DNA from: Macrostomum hystrix
Lineage: Eukaryota > Animalia > Platyhelminthes
Assembly (NCBI GenBank): GCA_950097015.1
Contig: CATNEN010000039.1
Coordinates: 4,960,001-5,024,000, forward strand
DNA: 64,000 nucleotides
Direction of reading: 5' to 3'
Part shown: positions 1-11,147 of the stretch, piece by piece
Layout of the letters: each line of letters begins with the position of its first letter
Numbering within the stretch: position 1 is the first letter of the stretch
Notes under the pieces: generated by a model
What the model saw: only the letters and a program-made list of their open reading frames with translations
Told to the model about the DNA's origin: nothing
Database searches by the model: none
Program-made: the position numbers and the translations under genes

Positions 1-3000
1 GATCTGGGAGAATAGTAGCTCAATCTGAGGATCTGTGAGAATAGTAGCTCAATCTGAGGATCTGTGAGAATAGTAGCTCAATCTGAGGATCTGGGAGAAT
101 AGTAGCTCAGTCTGAGGATCTGGGATTATAGTAGCTCAGTCTGAGGATCTGGGATTATAGTAGCTCAGTCTGAGAATATGGGAGAATTGTAGCTCAATCT
201 GAGGATCTGTGAGAATTGTAGCTCAGTCTGAGGATCTGGGAGAATAGTAGCTCAATCTGAGGATCTGTGAGAATTGTAGCTCAGTCTGAGGATCTGTGAG
301 AATTGTAGCTCAGTCTGAGGATCTGTGAGAATTGTAGCTCAGTCTGAGGATCTGGGAGAATAGTAGCTCAATCTGAGGATCTGTGAGAATAGTAGCTCAG
401 TCTGAGGATCTGTGAGAATTGTAGCTCAGTCTGAGGATCTGGGAGAATAGTAGCTCAATCTGAGGATCTGTGAGAATTGTAGCTCAGTCTGAGGATCTGG
501 GAGAATAGTAGTTCAATCTGAGGATCTGTGAGAATAGTAGCTCAATCTGAGGATCTGGGAGAATAGTAGCTCAATCTGAGGATCTGTGAGAATAGTAGCT
601 CAATCTGAGGATCTGTGAGAATAGTAGCTCAATCTGAGGATCTGGGAGAATAGTAGTTCAATCTGAGGATCTGTGAGAATAGTAGCTCAATCTGAGGATC
701 TGTGAGAATTGTAGCTCAGTCTGAGGATCTGTGAGAATAGTAGCTCAATCTGAGGATCTGGGAGAATAGTAGCTCAGTCTGAGGATCTGGGAGAATAGTA
801 GTTCAATCTGAGGATCTGTGAGAATTGTAGCTCAGTCTGAGGATCTGGGAGAATTGTAGCTCAGTCTGAGGATCTGTGAGAATTGTAGCTCAGTCTGAGG
901 ATCTGTGAGAATTGTAGCTCAGTCTGAGGATCTGTGAGAATTGTAGCTCAGTCTGAGGATCTGGGAGAATAGTAGCTCAATCTGAGGATCTGTGAGAATA
1001 GTAGCTCAGTCTGAGGATCTGTGAGAATTGTAGCTCAGTCTGAGGATCTGTGAGAATTGTAGCTCAGTCTGAGGATCTGTGAGAATTGTAGCTCAGTCTG
1101 AGGATCTGTGAGAATTGTAGCTCAGTCTGAGGATCTGTGAGAATTGTAGCTCAGTCTGAGGATCTGTGAGAATTGTAGCTCAGTCTGAGGATCTGTGAGA
1201 ATTGTAGCTCAGTCTGAGGATCTGTGAGAATTGTAGCTCAGTCTGAGGATCTGTGAGAATTGTAGCTCAGTCTGAGGATCTGTGAGAATTGTAGCTCAGT
1301 CTGAGGATCTGTGAGAATTGTAGCTCAGTCTGAGGATCTGTGAGAATTGTAGCTCAGTCTGAGGATCTGTGAGAATTGTAGCTCAGTCTGAGGATCTGTG
1401 AGAATTGTAGCTCAGTCTGAGGATCTGTGAGAATTGTAGCTCAATCTGAGGATCTGTGAGAATAGTAGTTCAATCTGAGGATCTGTGAGAATAGTAGCTC
1501 AATCTGAGGATCTGTGAGAATTGTAGCTCAGTCTGAGGATCTGGGTGAATAGTAGCTCAATCTGAGGATCTGTGAGAATTGTAGCTCAGTCTGAGGATCT
1601 GGGAGAATAGTAGCTCAATCTGAGGATCTGTGAGAATTGTAGCTCAGTCTGAGGATCTGTGAGAATAGTAGCTCAGTCTGAGGATCTGTGAGAATTGTAG
1701 CTCAGTCTGAGGATCTGGGAGAATAGTAGTTCAATCTGAGGATCTGTGAGAATAGTAGCTCAATCTGAGGATCTGTGAGAATAGTAGCTCAATCTGAGGA
1801 TCTGTGAGAATAGTAGCTCAATCTGAGGATCTGGGAGAATAGTAGCTCAGTCTGAGGATCTGGGATTATAGTAGCTCAGTCTGAGGATCTGGGATTATAG
1901 TAGCTCAGTCTGAGAATATGGGAGAATTGTAGTTTAGTCTGAGGATCTGGGAGAATAGTAGTTCAATCTGAGGATCTGTGAGAATTGTAGCTCAATCTGA
2001 GGATCTGTGAGAATAGTAGTTCAATCTGAGGATCTGTGAGAATAGTAGCTCAATCTGAGGATCTGTGAGAATTGTAGCTCAGTCTGAGGATCTGGGTGAA
2101 TAGTAGCTCAATCTGAGGATCTGTGAGAATTGTAGCTCAGTCTGAGGATCTGGGAGAATAGTAGCTCAGTCTGAGGATCTGTGAGAATTGTAGCTCAGTC
2201 TGAGGATCTGTGAGAATAGTAGCTCAGTCTGAGGATCTGTGAGAATTGTAGCTCAGTCTGAGGATCTGGGAGAATAGTAGTTCAATCTGAGGATCTGTGA
2301 GAATAGTAGCTCAATCTGAGGATCTGTGAGAATAGTAGCTCAATCTGAGGATCTGTGAGAATAGTAGCTCAATCTGAGGATCTGGGAGAATAGTAGCTCA
2401 GTCTGAGGATCTGGGATTATAGTAGCTCAGTCTGAGGATCTGGGATTATAGTAGCTCAGTCTGAGAATATGGGAGAATTGTAGTTTAGTCTGAGGATCTG
2501 GGAGAATAGTAGTTCAATCTGAGGATCTGTGAGAATTGTAGCTCAATCTGAGGATCTGTGAGAATAGTAGTTCAATCTGAGGATCTGTGAGAATAGTAGC
2601 TCAATCTGAGGATCTGTGAGAATTGTAGCTCAGTCTGAGGATCTGGGTGAATAGTAGCTCAATCTGAGGATCTGTGAGAATTGTAGCTCAGTCTGAGGAT
2701 CTGGGAGAATAGTAGCTCAATCTGAGGATCTGTGAGAATTGTAGCTCAGTCTGAGGATCTGTGAGAATAGTAGCTCAGTCTGAGGATCTGTGAGAATTGT
2801 AGCTCAGTCTGAGGATCTGGGAGAATAGTAGTTCAATCTGAGGATCTGTGAGAATAGTAGCTCAATCTGAGGATCTGTGAGAATAGTAGCTCAATCTGAG
2901 GATCTGTGAGAATAGTAGCTCAATCTGAGGATCTGGGAGAATAGTAGCTCAGTCTGAGGATCTGGGATTATAGTAGCTCAGTCTGAGGATCTGGGATTAT

Positions 3001-3140
3001 AGTAGCTCAGTCTGAGAATATGGGAGAATTGTAGTTTAGTCTGAGGATCTGGGTGAATAGTAGCTCAATCTGAGGATCTGTGAGAATTGTAGCTCAATCT
3101 GAGGATCTGGGAGAATAGTAGCTCAATCTGAGGATTTGTG
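1..3140. repeat. 29-bp minisatellite (GATCTGTGAGAATAGTAGCTCAATCTGAG) in the HS2ST intron; continues beyond window start
   Basis: About 108 visible tandem units; the variant TGAGAATATG recurs at 171, 1911, 2462 and 3013. Confidence 0.97.
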
Positions 3141-3193
3141 GATCGTAGGATTAACACTATGGATTAGTTGAAGCCGTGACATCAGGAATTCAC

Positions 3194-3600
3194 CTGCGAA
3201 AATCTAGATAGGCCACATGGCCGTGAATCATGAGCGGCTGCATCTCTCGCCAGCCGGTGAGATTGTGCGCCAGGGAGATTTGATTGGCCAGACTGAGTAC
3301 ATGCTGATTGCGGCTGGTGCTCAAGTGCACAACGTGAAACTGGTTCCGCCAGCAAAGGTCGTAGACCATGTTAACAAAACTCGTGCTGCCAGTCTTTGGC
3401 ACACGATTGTAAACTATTAGGCGCGGCTCAGACGGCACTGACGCCAGCTGCTGCTTGGCATCGGAGCTGATTGTCCGCGACTGCGCATCAGACTCAGCTC
3501 TGCGGTGCAAAGTGAGCAGCAGGCTGCCAATCACACACAGCAGGCAGAATATTATCAATAGGAATCGATGACGCTTAACAATGGAACAGTAGCGCAGCAT
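3194..3600 (-). CDS. HS2ST1: Heparan sulfate 2-O-sulfotransferase, first coding exon (rest lies outside the window)
   Basis: Type II membrane anchor then IVYNRVPKTGSTSF (5'-PSB loop) and HGHVAYLDF, typical of HS2ST/pipe. ATG at 3600, donor AG|GTGAAT at 3193, upstream acceptor AATTGCAG at 3673. Confidence 0.88.
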
Positions 3601-3679
3601 GCTGATGCTTTGCACTTGTCGACAGGACCTGCCTGCCTTCGCTGACGGGACTATCAGATCGCTGATTCAGCCCTGCAAT

Positions 3680-3805
3680 TATAATGAAGCGGAATGCAAA
3701 AAGGGAATCATTTTAGCTCCGCAGCCAGCGAGGAGGTCATTCTGAACCCTGAGAACAGCAAATTATTTTCATCAGGCAGTGTGCACTCCCAGTGCGTTGG
3801 GGACT
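3680..3805 (-). mobile_element. Degenerate 3' fragment of tRNA-derived SINE family A
   Basis: GCAGCCAGCGAGGAGG and TCATCAGGCAGTGT match the copy at 29833-30180. Confidence 0.55.
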
Positions 3806-4121
3806 TTAGAAATAAAACACAACCAAAATAACCGAATCGAGTAAAATAGAAAGAATTTGAACAAGTTTATTTTAACAGCGAATAAAATATTATAATTAAT
3901 TGTGCAGTTAATAATGTGATAATAACAGTTTAGTTAGCATGCTGGCATAACAATAACAAATTGACATTTCATAGAGTAATTTTTCTGCTTTATCCAAACT
4001 GCTCTACAGGCTAGACACATGCGAATTAAAAAACTGTACAAAAACATTTCAAAGTGCCACATCACATAGTGAAAATTTCATTACATTTTTTCGACTTGAC
4101 AAACTAAAGCAAAAGTGCGGC

Positions 4122-6213
4122 ATTAGGCAGTGGTCGCCTAAAGGATCCGCAGAGATTGGGAATTGGTCTTAAGAAGTACCTGAAGAGATTAGGCAGTGGT
4201 CTCCTGAAGTACCTGAAGAGATTAGGGAGTGGTTTTCTGAAGGACCTGAAGAGATTAGGGAGTGGTTCCCTGAAGGATCTGAAGAGATTGGGAATTGGTC
4301 TTAAGAAGTACCTGAAGAGATTAGCCAGTGGTTTCCTAAAGGACCTGAAGAGATTTGAGAGTAGTCTCCTGAAGGGCCTAAAAAGATTAGGCAGTGGTCG
4401 CCTAAAGGATCCGAAGAGATTGGGAATTGGTCTTAAGAAGTACCTGAAGAGATTAGCCAGTGGTCTCCTGAAGTACCTGAAGAGATTAGGGAGTGGTCTC
4501 CTGAAGGATCTGAAGAGATTGGGGAGTGGTTTCCTGAAGGACCTGAAGAGATTAGGGAGTGGTTCCCTGAAGGATCTGAAGAGATTGGGGAGTGGTTTTC
4601 TGAAGGACCTGAAGAGATTGGGGAGTGGTTTGCTGAAGGATCTGAAGAGATTAGGGAGTGGTTTCCTGAAGGACCTGAAGAGATTAGGGAGTGGTTCCCT
4701 GAAGGACCTGAAGAGATTAGGGAGTGGTTCCCTGAAGGATCTGAAGAGATTGGGGAGTGGTTTTCTGAAGGACCTGAAGAGATTGGGGAGTGGTTTGCTG
4801 AAGGATCTGAAGAGATTAGGGAGTGGTTTCCTGAAGGACCTGAAGAGATTAGGGAGTGGTTCCCTGAAGGACCTGAAGAGATTAGGGAGTGGTTCCCTGA
4901 AGGATCTGAAGAGATTGGGGAGTGGTTTTCTGAAGGACCTGAAGAGATTGGGGAGTGGTTTGCTGAAGGATCTGAAGAGATTAGGGAGTGGTTCCCTGAA
5001 GGATCTGAAGAGATTAGGGAGTGGTTCCCTGAAGGATCTGAAGAGATTAGGGAGTGGTTTTCTGAAGGACCTGAAGAGATTGGGGAGTGGTTTGCTGAAG
5101 GATCTGAAGAGATTAGGGAGTGGTTCCCTGAAGGACCTGAAGAGATTAGGGAGTGGTTTTCTGAAGGACCTGAAGAGATTAGGGAGTGGTTTTCTGAAGG
5201 ACCTGAAGAGATTAGGGAGTGGTTTTCTGAAGGACCTGAAGAGATTAGGGAGTGGTTCCCTGAAGGATCTGAAGAGATTGGGGAGTGGTTTGCTGAAGGA
5301 TCTGAAGAGATTAGGGAGTGGTTTTCTGAAGGACCTGAAGAGATTAGGGAGTGGTTTTCTGAAGGACCTGAAGAGATTAGGGAGTGGTTCCCTGAAGGAC
5401 CTGAAGAGATTAGGGAGTGGTTCCCTGAAGGATCTGAAGAGATTGGGGAGTGGTTTTCTGAAGGACCTGAAGAGATTGGGGAGTGGTTTGCTGAAGGATC
5501 TGAAGAGATTAGGGAGTGGTTCCCTGAAGGATCTGAAGAGATTAGGGAGTGGTTCCCTGAAGGATCTGAAGAGATTAGGGAGTGGTTTTCTGAAGGACCT
5601 GAAGAGATTGGGGAGTGGTTTGCTGAAGGATCTGAAGAGATTAGGGAGTGGTTCCCTGAAGGACCTGAAGAGATTAGGGAGTGGTTTTCTGAAGGACCTG
5701 AAGAGATTAGGGAGTGGTTTTCTGAAGGACCTGAAGAGATTAGGGAGTGGTTTTCTGAAGGACCTGAAGAGATTAGGGAGTGGTTCCCTGAAGGATCTGA
5801 AGAGATTGGGGAGTGGTTTGCTGAAGGATCTGAAGAGATTGGGGAGTGGTTTGCTGAAGGATCTGAAGAGATTAGGGAGTGGTTCCCTGAAGGATCTGAA
5901 GAGATTAGGGAGTGGTTCCCTGAAGGATCTGAAGAGATTAGGGAGTGGTTTTCTGAAGGACCTGAAGAGATTAGGGAGTGTTTTTCTGAAGGACCTGAAG
6001 AGATTAGGGAGTGGTTTTCTGAAGGACCTGAAGAGATTAGGGAGTGGTTTTCTGAAGGACCTGAAGAGATTAGGGAGTGGTTTTCTGAAGGACCTGAAGA
6101 GATTAGGGAGTGGTTTTCTGAAGGACCTGAAGAGATTAGGGAGTGGTTTTCTGAAGGACCTGAAGAGATTAGGGAGTGGTTTTCTGAAGGACCTGAAGAG
6201 ATTAGGGAGTGGT
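4122..6213. repeat. 33-bp minisatellite (CTGAAGAGATTAGGGAGTGGTTTTCTGAAGGAC), intergenic
   Basis: About 63 tandem units; produces the 700- and 727-aa repetitive ORFs. Confidence 0.97.
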
Positions 6214-6288
6214 GTAACGAACAGAGAAGAGCAAAGAAAAGAAAAAAGGAAATGCTGAAGACATTTTAGTAACATTTTTAAATTCAAA

Positions 6289-6570
6289 AGGGGTTTCAGC
6301 CTAGTGGCTAGTCTTCAAACCCCTACTTTAAGGTCCTGGGTTCGATTCTCGACTCCACTAGAACAATTGGTATCTTCTAGTAAGACACATATCTCTATGA
6401 TTGCATCAGTTCGCCAAGCTGTAAGCTGTGTAACAGCATTAGGGTAATTAAGGGTGTGTGTGGCGCCCCAATGGACTGAACAGCCGTACGCAGCCTTAGA
6501 TATGCCGCACAAGTCGCTTGACTTCGACTTCAAGCGATAAAGAACCGTTTGTATAAAGCTGGTTCTATGC
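6289..6570 (+). mobile_element. tRNA-derived SINE family B (CORE-like), degenerate
   Basis: A-box-like CAGCCTAGTGG, B-box GGGTTCGATTCTC, then a segment resembling a SINE CORE domain (AGTAAGACACAT...CAGTTCGCCAAGCTGTAA). Confidence 0.5.
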
Positions 6571-6642
6571 ACACAACTCCGGCAAGAAACAAAAGACTGT
6601 AACATCAATAGTAGCCGCAATCTAAAAGTACATTCTTTGACG

Positions 6643-9309
6643 CTACGCTGTTCCTAATCCGCCTCGCCCTGCCCCATCGTTGCCTTCGGAGTCGTCTTCG
6701 TCTACACGGCGACGCTTGCTGAAAAGCGAAACGGGCTCAGCTTCCCAGTCAGCGTCGCCATCAGCTTCGGCGTCTTCGTCGGCGTCGACGTCCTCAGTTG
6801 GTTCGGCTGATTGGGAGACAGACTTTTGTCTGAGGGATAATTAAAAGTATATTAAATTTTACTAGCACAGAATAGAAAACTGTCTGCAATCTCATACTCG
6901 TACTGAAAGTAGAAATATAAGTTTGTCAATCCTTTCCGAGGATCTGTGAGAATAGTAGCTCAATCTGAGGATCTGTGAGAATAGTAGCTCAATGAGGATC
7001 TGGGAGAATAGTAGCTCAGTCTGAGGATCTGTGAGAATAGTAGCTCAATCTGAGGATCTGGGAGAATAGTAGCTCAGTCTGAGGATCTGGGAGAATAGTA
7101 GCTCAGTCTGAGGATCTGTGAGAATAGTAGCTCAATCTGAGGATCTGGGAGAATAGTAGCTCAATCTGAGGATCTGGGAGAATAGTAGCTCAATCTGAGG
7201 ATCTGGGAGAATAGTAGCTCAGTCTGAGGATCTGTGAGAATAGTAGCTCAATCTGAGGATCTGGGAGAATAGTAGCTCAGTCTGAGGATCTGGGAGAATA
7301 GTAGCTCAATCTGAGGATCTGGGAGAATAGTAGCTCAATCTGAGGATCTGGGAGAATAGTAGCTCAGTCTGAGGATCTGGGAGAATAGTAGCTCAATCTG
7401 AGGATCTGGGAGAATAGAAGCTCAGTCTGAGGATCTGGGAGAATAGTAGCTCAATCTGAGGATCTGGGAGAATAGTAGCTCAGTCTGAGGATCTGGGAGA
7501 ATAGTAGCTCAATCTGAGGATCTGTGAGAATAGTAGTTCAATCTGAGGATCTGTGAGAATAGTAGCTCAATCTGAGGATCTGTGAGAATTGTAGCTCAGT
7601 CTGAGGATCTGGGTGAATAGTAGCTCAATCTGAGGATCTGTGAGAATTGTAGCTCAGTCTGAGGATCTGGGAGAATAGTAGCTCAATCTGAGGATCTGGG
7701 AGAATAGTAGCTCAATCTGAGGATCTGGGAGAATAGTAGCTCAGTCTGAGGATCTGGGAGAATAGTAGCTCAATCTGAGGATCTGGGAGAATAGTAGCTC
7801 AGTCTGAGGATCTGTGAGAATAGTAGCTCAATCTGAGGATCTGGGAGAATAGTAGCTCAATCTGAGGATCTGGGAGAATAGTAGCTCAGTCTGAGGATCT
7901 GGGAGAATAGTAGCTCAATCTGAGGATCGGGCTCATTGACTCACCTGTAAGCAGGCCAGATCAGGTAGGGCAGATTGTTAGTAAGCAGGTTGACGAGGCC
8001 AGGCGGCAGTGTTAAGGCTTCGGTCACGCAAAGGCTGTCGGGAATGAGGTGACGCAAGGCTCGGCAGCTCAAAGCCTGCAGAGTGATGGGCAGGCTAAGG
8101 GCCCGTATTAGCTTGACTCCACTCTTAGCAGCCGTGCTGCAAACTGCCGGATAGATTGGTGCTTTGAGGCCGCGCGCGGCTATGCCGAGGCACTGCCGGT
8201 TGAGGAAGTAGGTGAGGGTGCCGTGCCAAAGGTCCAGCAGCAGGCCGACAATGGCGCCCTGGCCGAATGGCCGACAGAACTGGCGCTTCTGCCTGAGAAT
8301 GCGGAGCGGCAAGTTGAAAATGGATATTTTTGTTGGTTTTTTTTCGTTTCTTATTTCATTGTGGCGTTTTAAGGTCACTCTTGTGGGTAATGGGCCCTGA
8401 AGGTCAGACTGGTGGGTAGTGGGCCCCTGAAGGTCAGATTTGTGGATGGTGAGCTCCTGAAGGGCAAACAGGTGTGGGTGGGTCTCCAAAGGTCAGACAG
8501 GTGTGGATGGGCCTCCAGAAGGTCAGACAGGTGTGGGTGGGTCTCCAGAAGGTCAGACAGGTGTGGATGGGTCTCCATAAGGTCAGGCAGGTGTGGGTGG
8601 GTCTCCAAAGGTCAGATAGAAGCGGGCAGAAGGCAGGATCGCAGACGGCTCACTTGTTTTGCTGGAAGTAGCCATTATAGGACAGTCCCATGGAGTCGGG
8701 TCCCAGACCCAGCAGGGACACAAAGCTGTTGTGGTGACTCTTTGGCGAAAATTCCGACGTGCAAATTCCGGCCATGAAGTCGGTGCCATAGACTGGGCTG
8801 ACAAACTTCAGCTCCCAATAGTGCAGGCCGTCAGTCAGTGGCTTGTTGCCAACAGCAGCCGCTGTGCCATGGCTGAACAGCGGGTGAAAGCTGACTATGC
8901 GTTGACAGGGCGACAGAGTGCAGTCCGGCGAATCCGGCTCCGTCCAAGTCCAGTCGGAGTCCACGCTGGCGTCGCCGACACCGCCGGCGGCGACCCCACC
9001 GTCCGGAGCAGCTTCGCCGCAGTCGCAGTGGATCCAGGTTAGCGAACGCGCGCCGGCGCCGTTTAGCTTCGGACAGCTGCAGAATGACTCGGTGTTGCGC
9101 CGCGGCTTATAAAGCTCGGATAGGCCGCCGCCTTCGGCGCTGAGTGGCGGACGACGCTGGCGTCGCTGCTGCTGCTGCCGCGGCGGTGGAGGCAGCGCCG
9201 CCGGAGCTTGAAGACGCTGTTGAAGCGGGCGGTTTATAGATACATTAGGGGCTGCATCGTTCGATTCATCGTCTTGAAAATCGTCGCGATGATCTAGAAT
9301 GGACAGCAT
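6643..9309 (-). CDS. SPSB3: SPRY domain and SOCS box protein, SPSB3-like; join(9309..8654, 8292..7945, 6829..6643)
   Basis: FHPLFSHGTAAAVGN..GLHYWELKFVSPVYGTDFMAGI and GLLLDLWHGTLTYF..PAVCSTAAKS (SPRY); SOCS box TLQALSCRAL..LPPGL; acidic tail with KRRRV. GT-AG junctions keep frame. Frame stays open up to an acceptor at 9382, so the start may lie upstream. Confidence 0.85.
6938..7928. repeat. 29-bp minisatellite, same family as 1-3140, in the last SPSB3 intron
   Basis: Same consensus GAGGATCTG(G/T)GAGAATAGTAGCTCA(A/G)TCT. Confidence 0.97.
8390..8618. repeat. 30-bp minisatellite in an SPSB3 intron
   Basis: AAGGTCAGACAGGTGTGGGTGGGTCTCCAG units. Confidence 0.9.
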
Positions 9310-10683
9310 CTGCTGATGCTGCCGACCTGAATGATCGCCGGGAATGCGGCTGTCATCACTGCCACTGCCTCCAGAAGTAGCCTGAAATATAAATATAAAT
9401 TTTTTTTTCTATATTAAGTAACTTGTTTTGCACAGATTTACATCCAAGAAGCTCATATGTTGAGCACACATTGATACCCAACTTAGAAGATTTTTTTAGA
9501 TTCGTTTATGATTAGCTTCATTAGCTTAAAGCTTAGCTCTTTAAGATGAATGACAATCATAGAGACACAACCCTTTAGCAAAAAAGAGACATAAGCCATT
9601 GCCAATTCAAGCCAAGGAATATGTAATATGTAATATGTAATATGTGATATTCTGTTTCAATCAGTCCTTGTAAGTACACCCCTGCCCCTGAAAGTTCAAT
9701 GTTAGAAATTGTTGGCTTGTACTTTAGTGCAAATGCACCAATGTCATTCACACTTTACAGAATCTAAACTTATCTTATCAAGTGTAAAGGTGTAAACTAA
9801 GAGCCAACTTTTGTTTACCTGCCATAGACATATTTAAATATCAAAACCATCCATCCAAACAGTATATCAACAGATAAATATCAGCGCTGTCAAGAAGTCA
9901 ACATTAGCCACAATGGCTATGTGCTATCAAATAATACAAGAAGTCCAGAAACAATGGGCAAAACAGAACATGACAACAAAAGATCTAACTATTCTGTCAA
10001 GGATGAAAGTGTTGGCCCTGATGACCAATTAAAAATAAAGTAAATTAATAACTTTTTAATATATACTGACAATCAAATAAAACAAAAATAATAATATATA
10101 AAGTCATGTTGAAATATCAATTTGTGCAAACAACTTAAATAAAATAATAATAAACCTGTTTGTATAGATTACTCTCAGCTTGAATTAGTAGAATACTAAA
10201 TGAATAAAAACTGATTTATAAATTTAAAAACACATTTATCAGAAAATCAAAAGACATCTAAGTTGTCCTTAGTAACTTAGAAGCTAGGCCCATATTTTGT
10301 CACTAAATATACATAGGCAGCTATTACTATATAAGTATATATACCCATTTGTCTAATATTTTTGTTTCATTCAAATTCTTCATATTTTTGGACTCTAGAA
10401 ATACAAAAAATTGTGTTTCTAAACAAAGAAACCTGTTAATTATGTATTGGAAGTCCGATTGTTTGTTATAGTTCAGTTGCTACATCATAACAACAAATAA
10501 CTTTTGAATTTGTGTCCTGATGTGGCATGAAAATATGTTACTATGGCTGTGACAATTAGCAGGGCTTATAAAAGGAGATTCCAATAGGCCCTAAATACTC
10601 AATAAGCTAAGCAATTCAAGCTTCTCATTAGGCCCCTATAAAATAAGTAGACTTTGAATCCTATACTTTATTAGGGCCTAAAC

Positions 10684-11147
10684 CAGGGGTCGGCAAACTT
10701 ATTAGCTAGCAGGCCAAAAAGAGAACCTAAAAGAAGACAGCGGGCCGTATTGACTGTAGAAATATAAGAGAAATATATCAGAGATAGGGAGAGATGAGAC
10801 ATGGAAGAGATGAGACATGGGAGAGATGAGACATGGGAGAGATGAGACATGGGAGAGATGAGACATGGGAGAGATAAGACACAGGAGAGATGAGACACGG
10901 GAGAGATAAGACACAGGAGAGATGAGACACGGGAGAGATGAGACACGGGAGAGATAAGATACAGGAGAGATGAGACACGGGAGAGATGAGACACGGGAGA
11001 GGTGACACACCGGAGAGGTGACACACAGGGGAGATGAGACAGGGAAAGATAAAACAGGATACTGTAGGTGTCGGAAAGGGGAACGGGCCGGATTTGGGAG
11101 CTTCGAGGGCCACATCTGGCCCGCGGGCCGGAGTTTGCCGACCTCTG
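10684..11147. mobile_element. Non-autonomous hAT (Charlie/MER58-like) MITE with an internal 16-bp minisatellite
   Basis: TIRs CAGGGGTCGGCAAACT / AGTTTGCCGACCTCTG; perfect 8-bp TSD GCCTAAAC at 10676-10683 and 11148-11155; subterminal GGCCCGCGGGCC; (GGGAGAGATGAGACAY)n at about 10788-11045. Confidence 0.9.
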
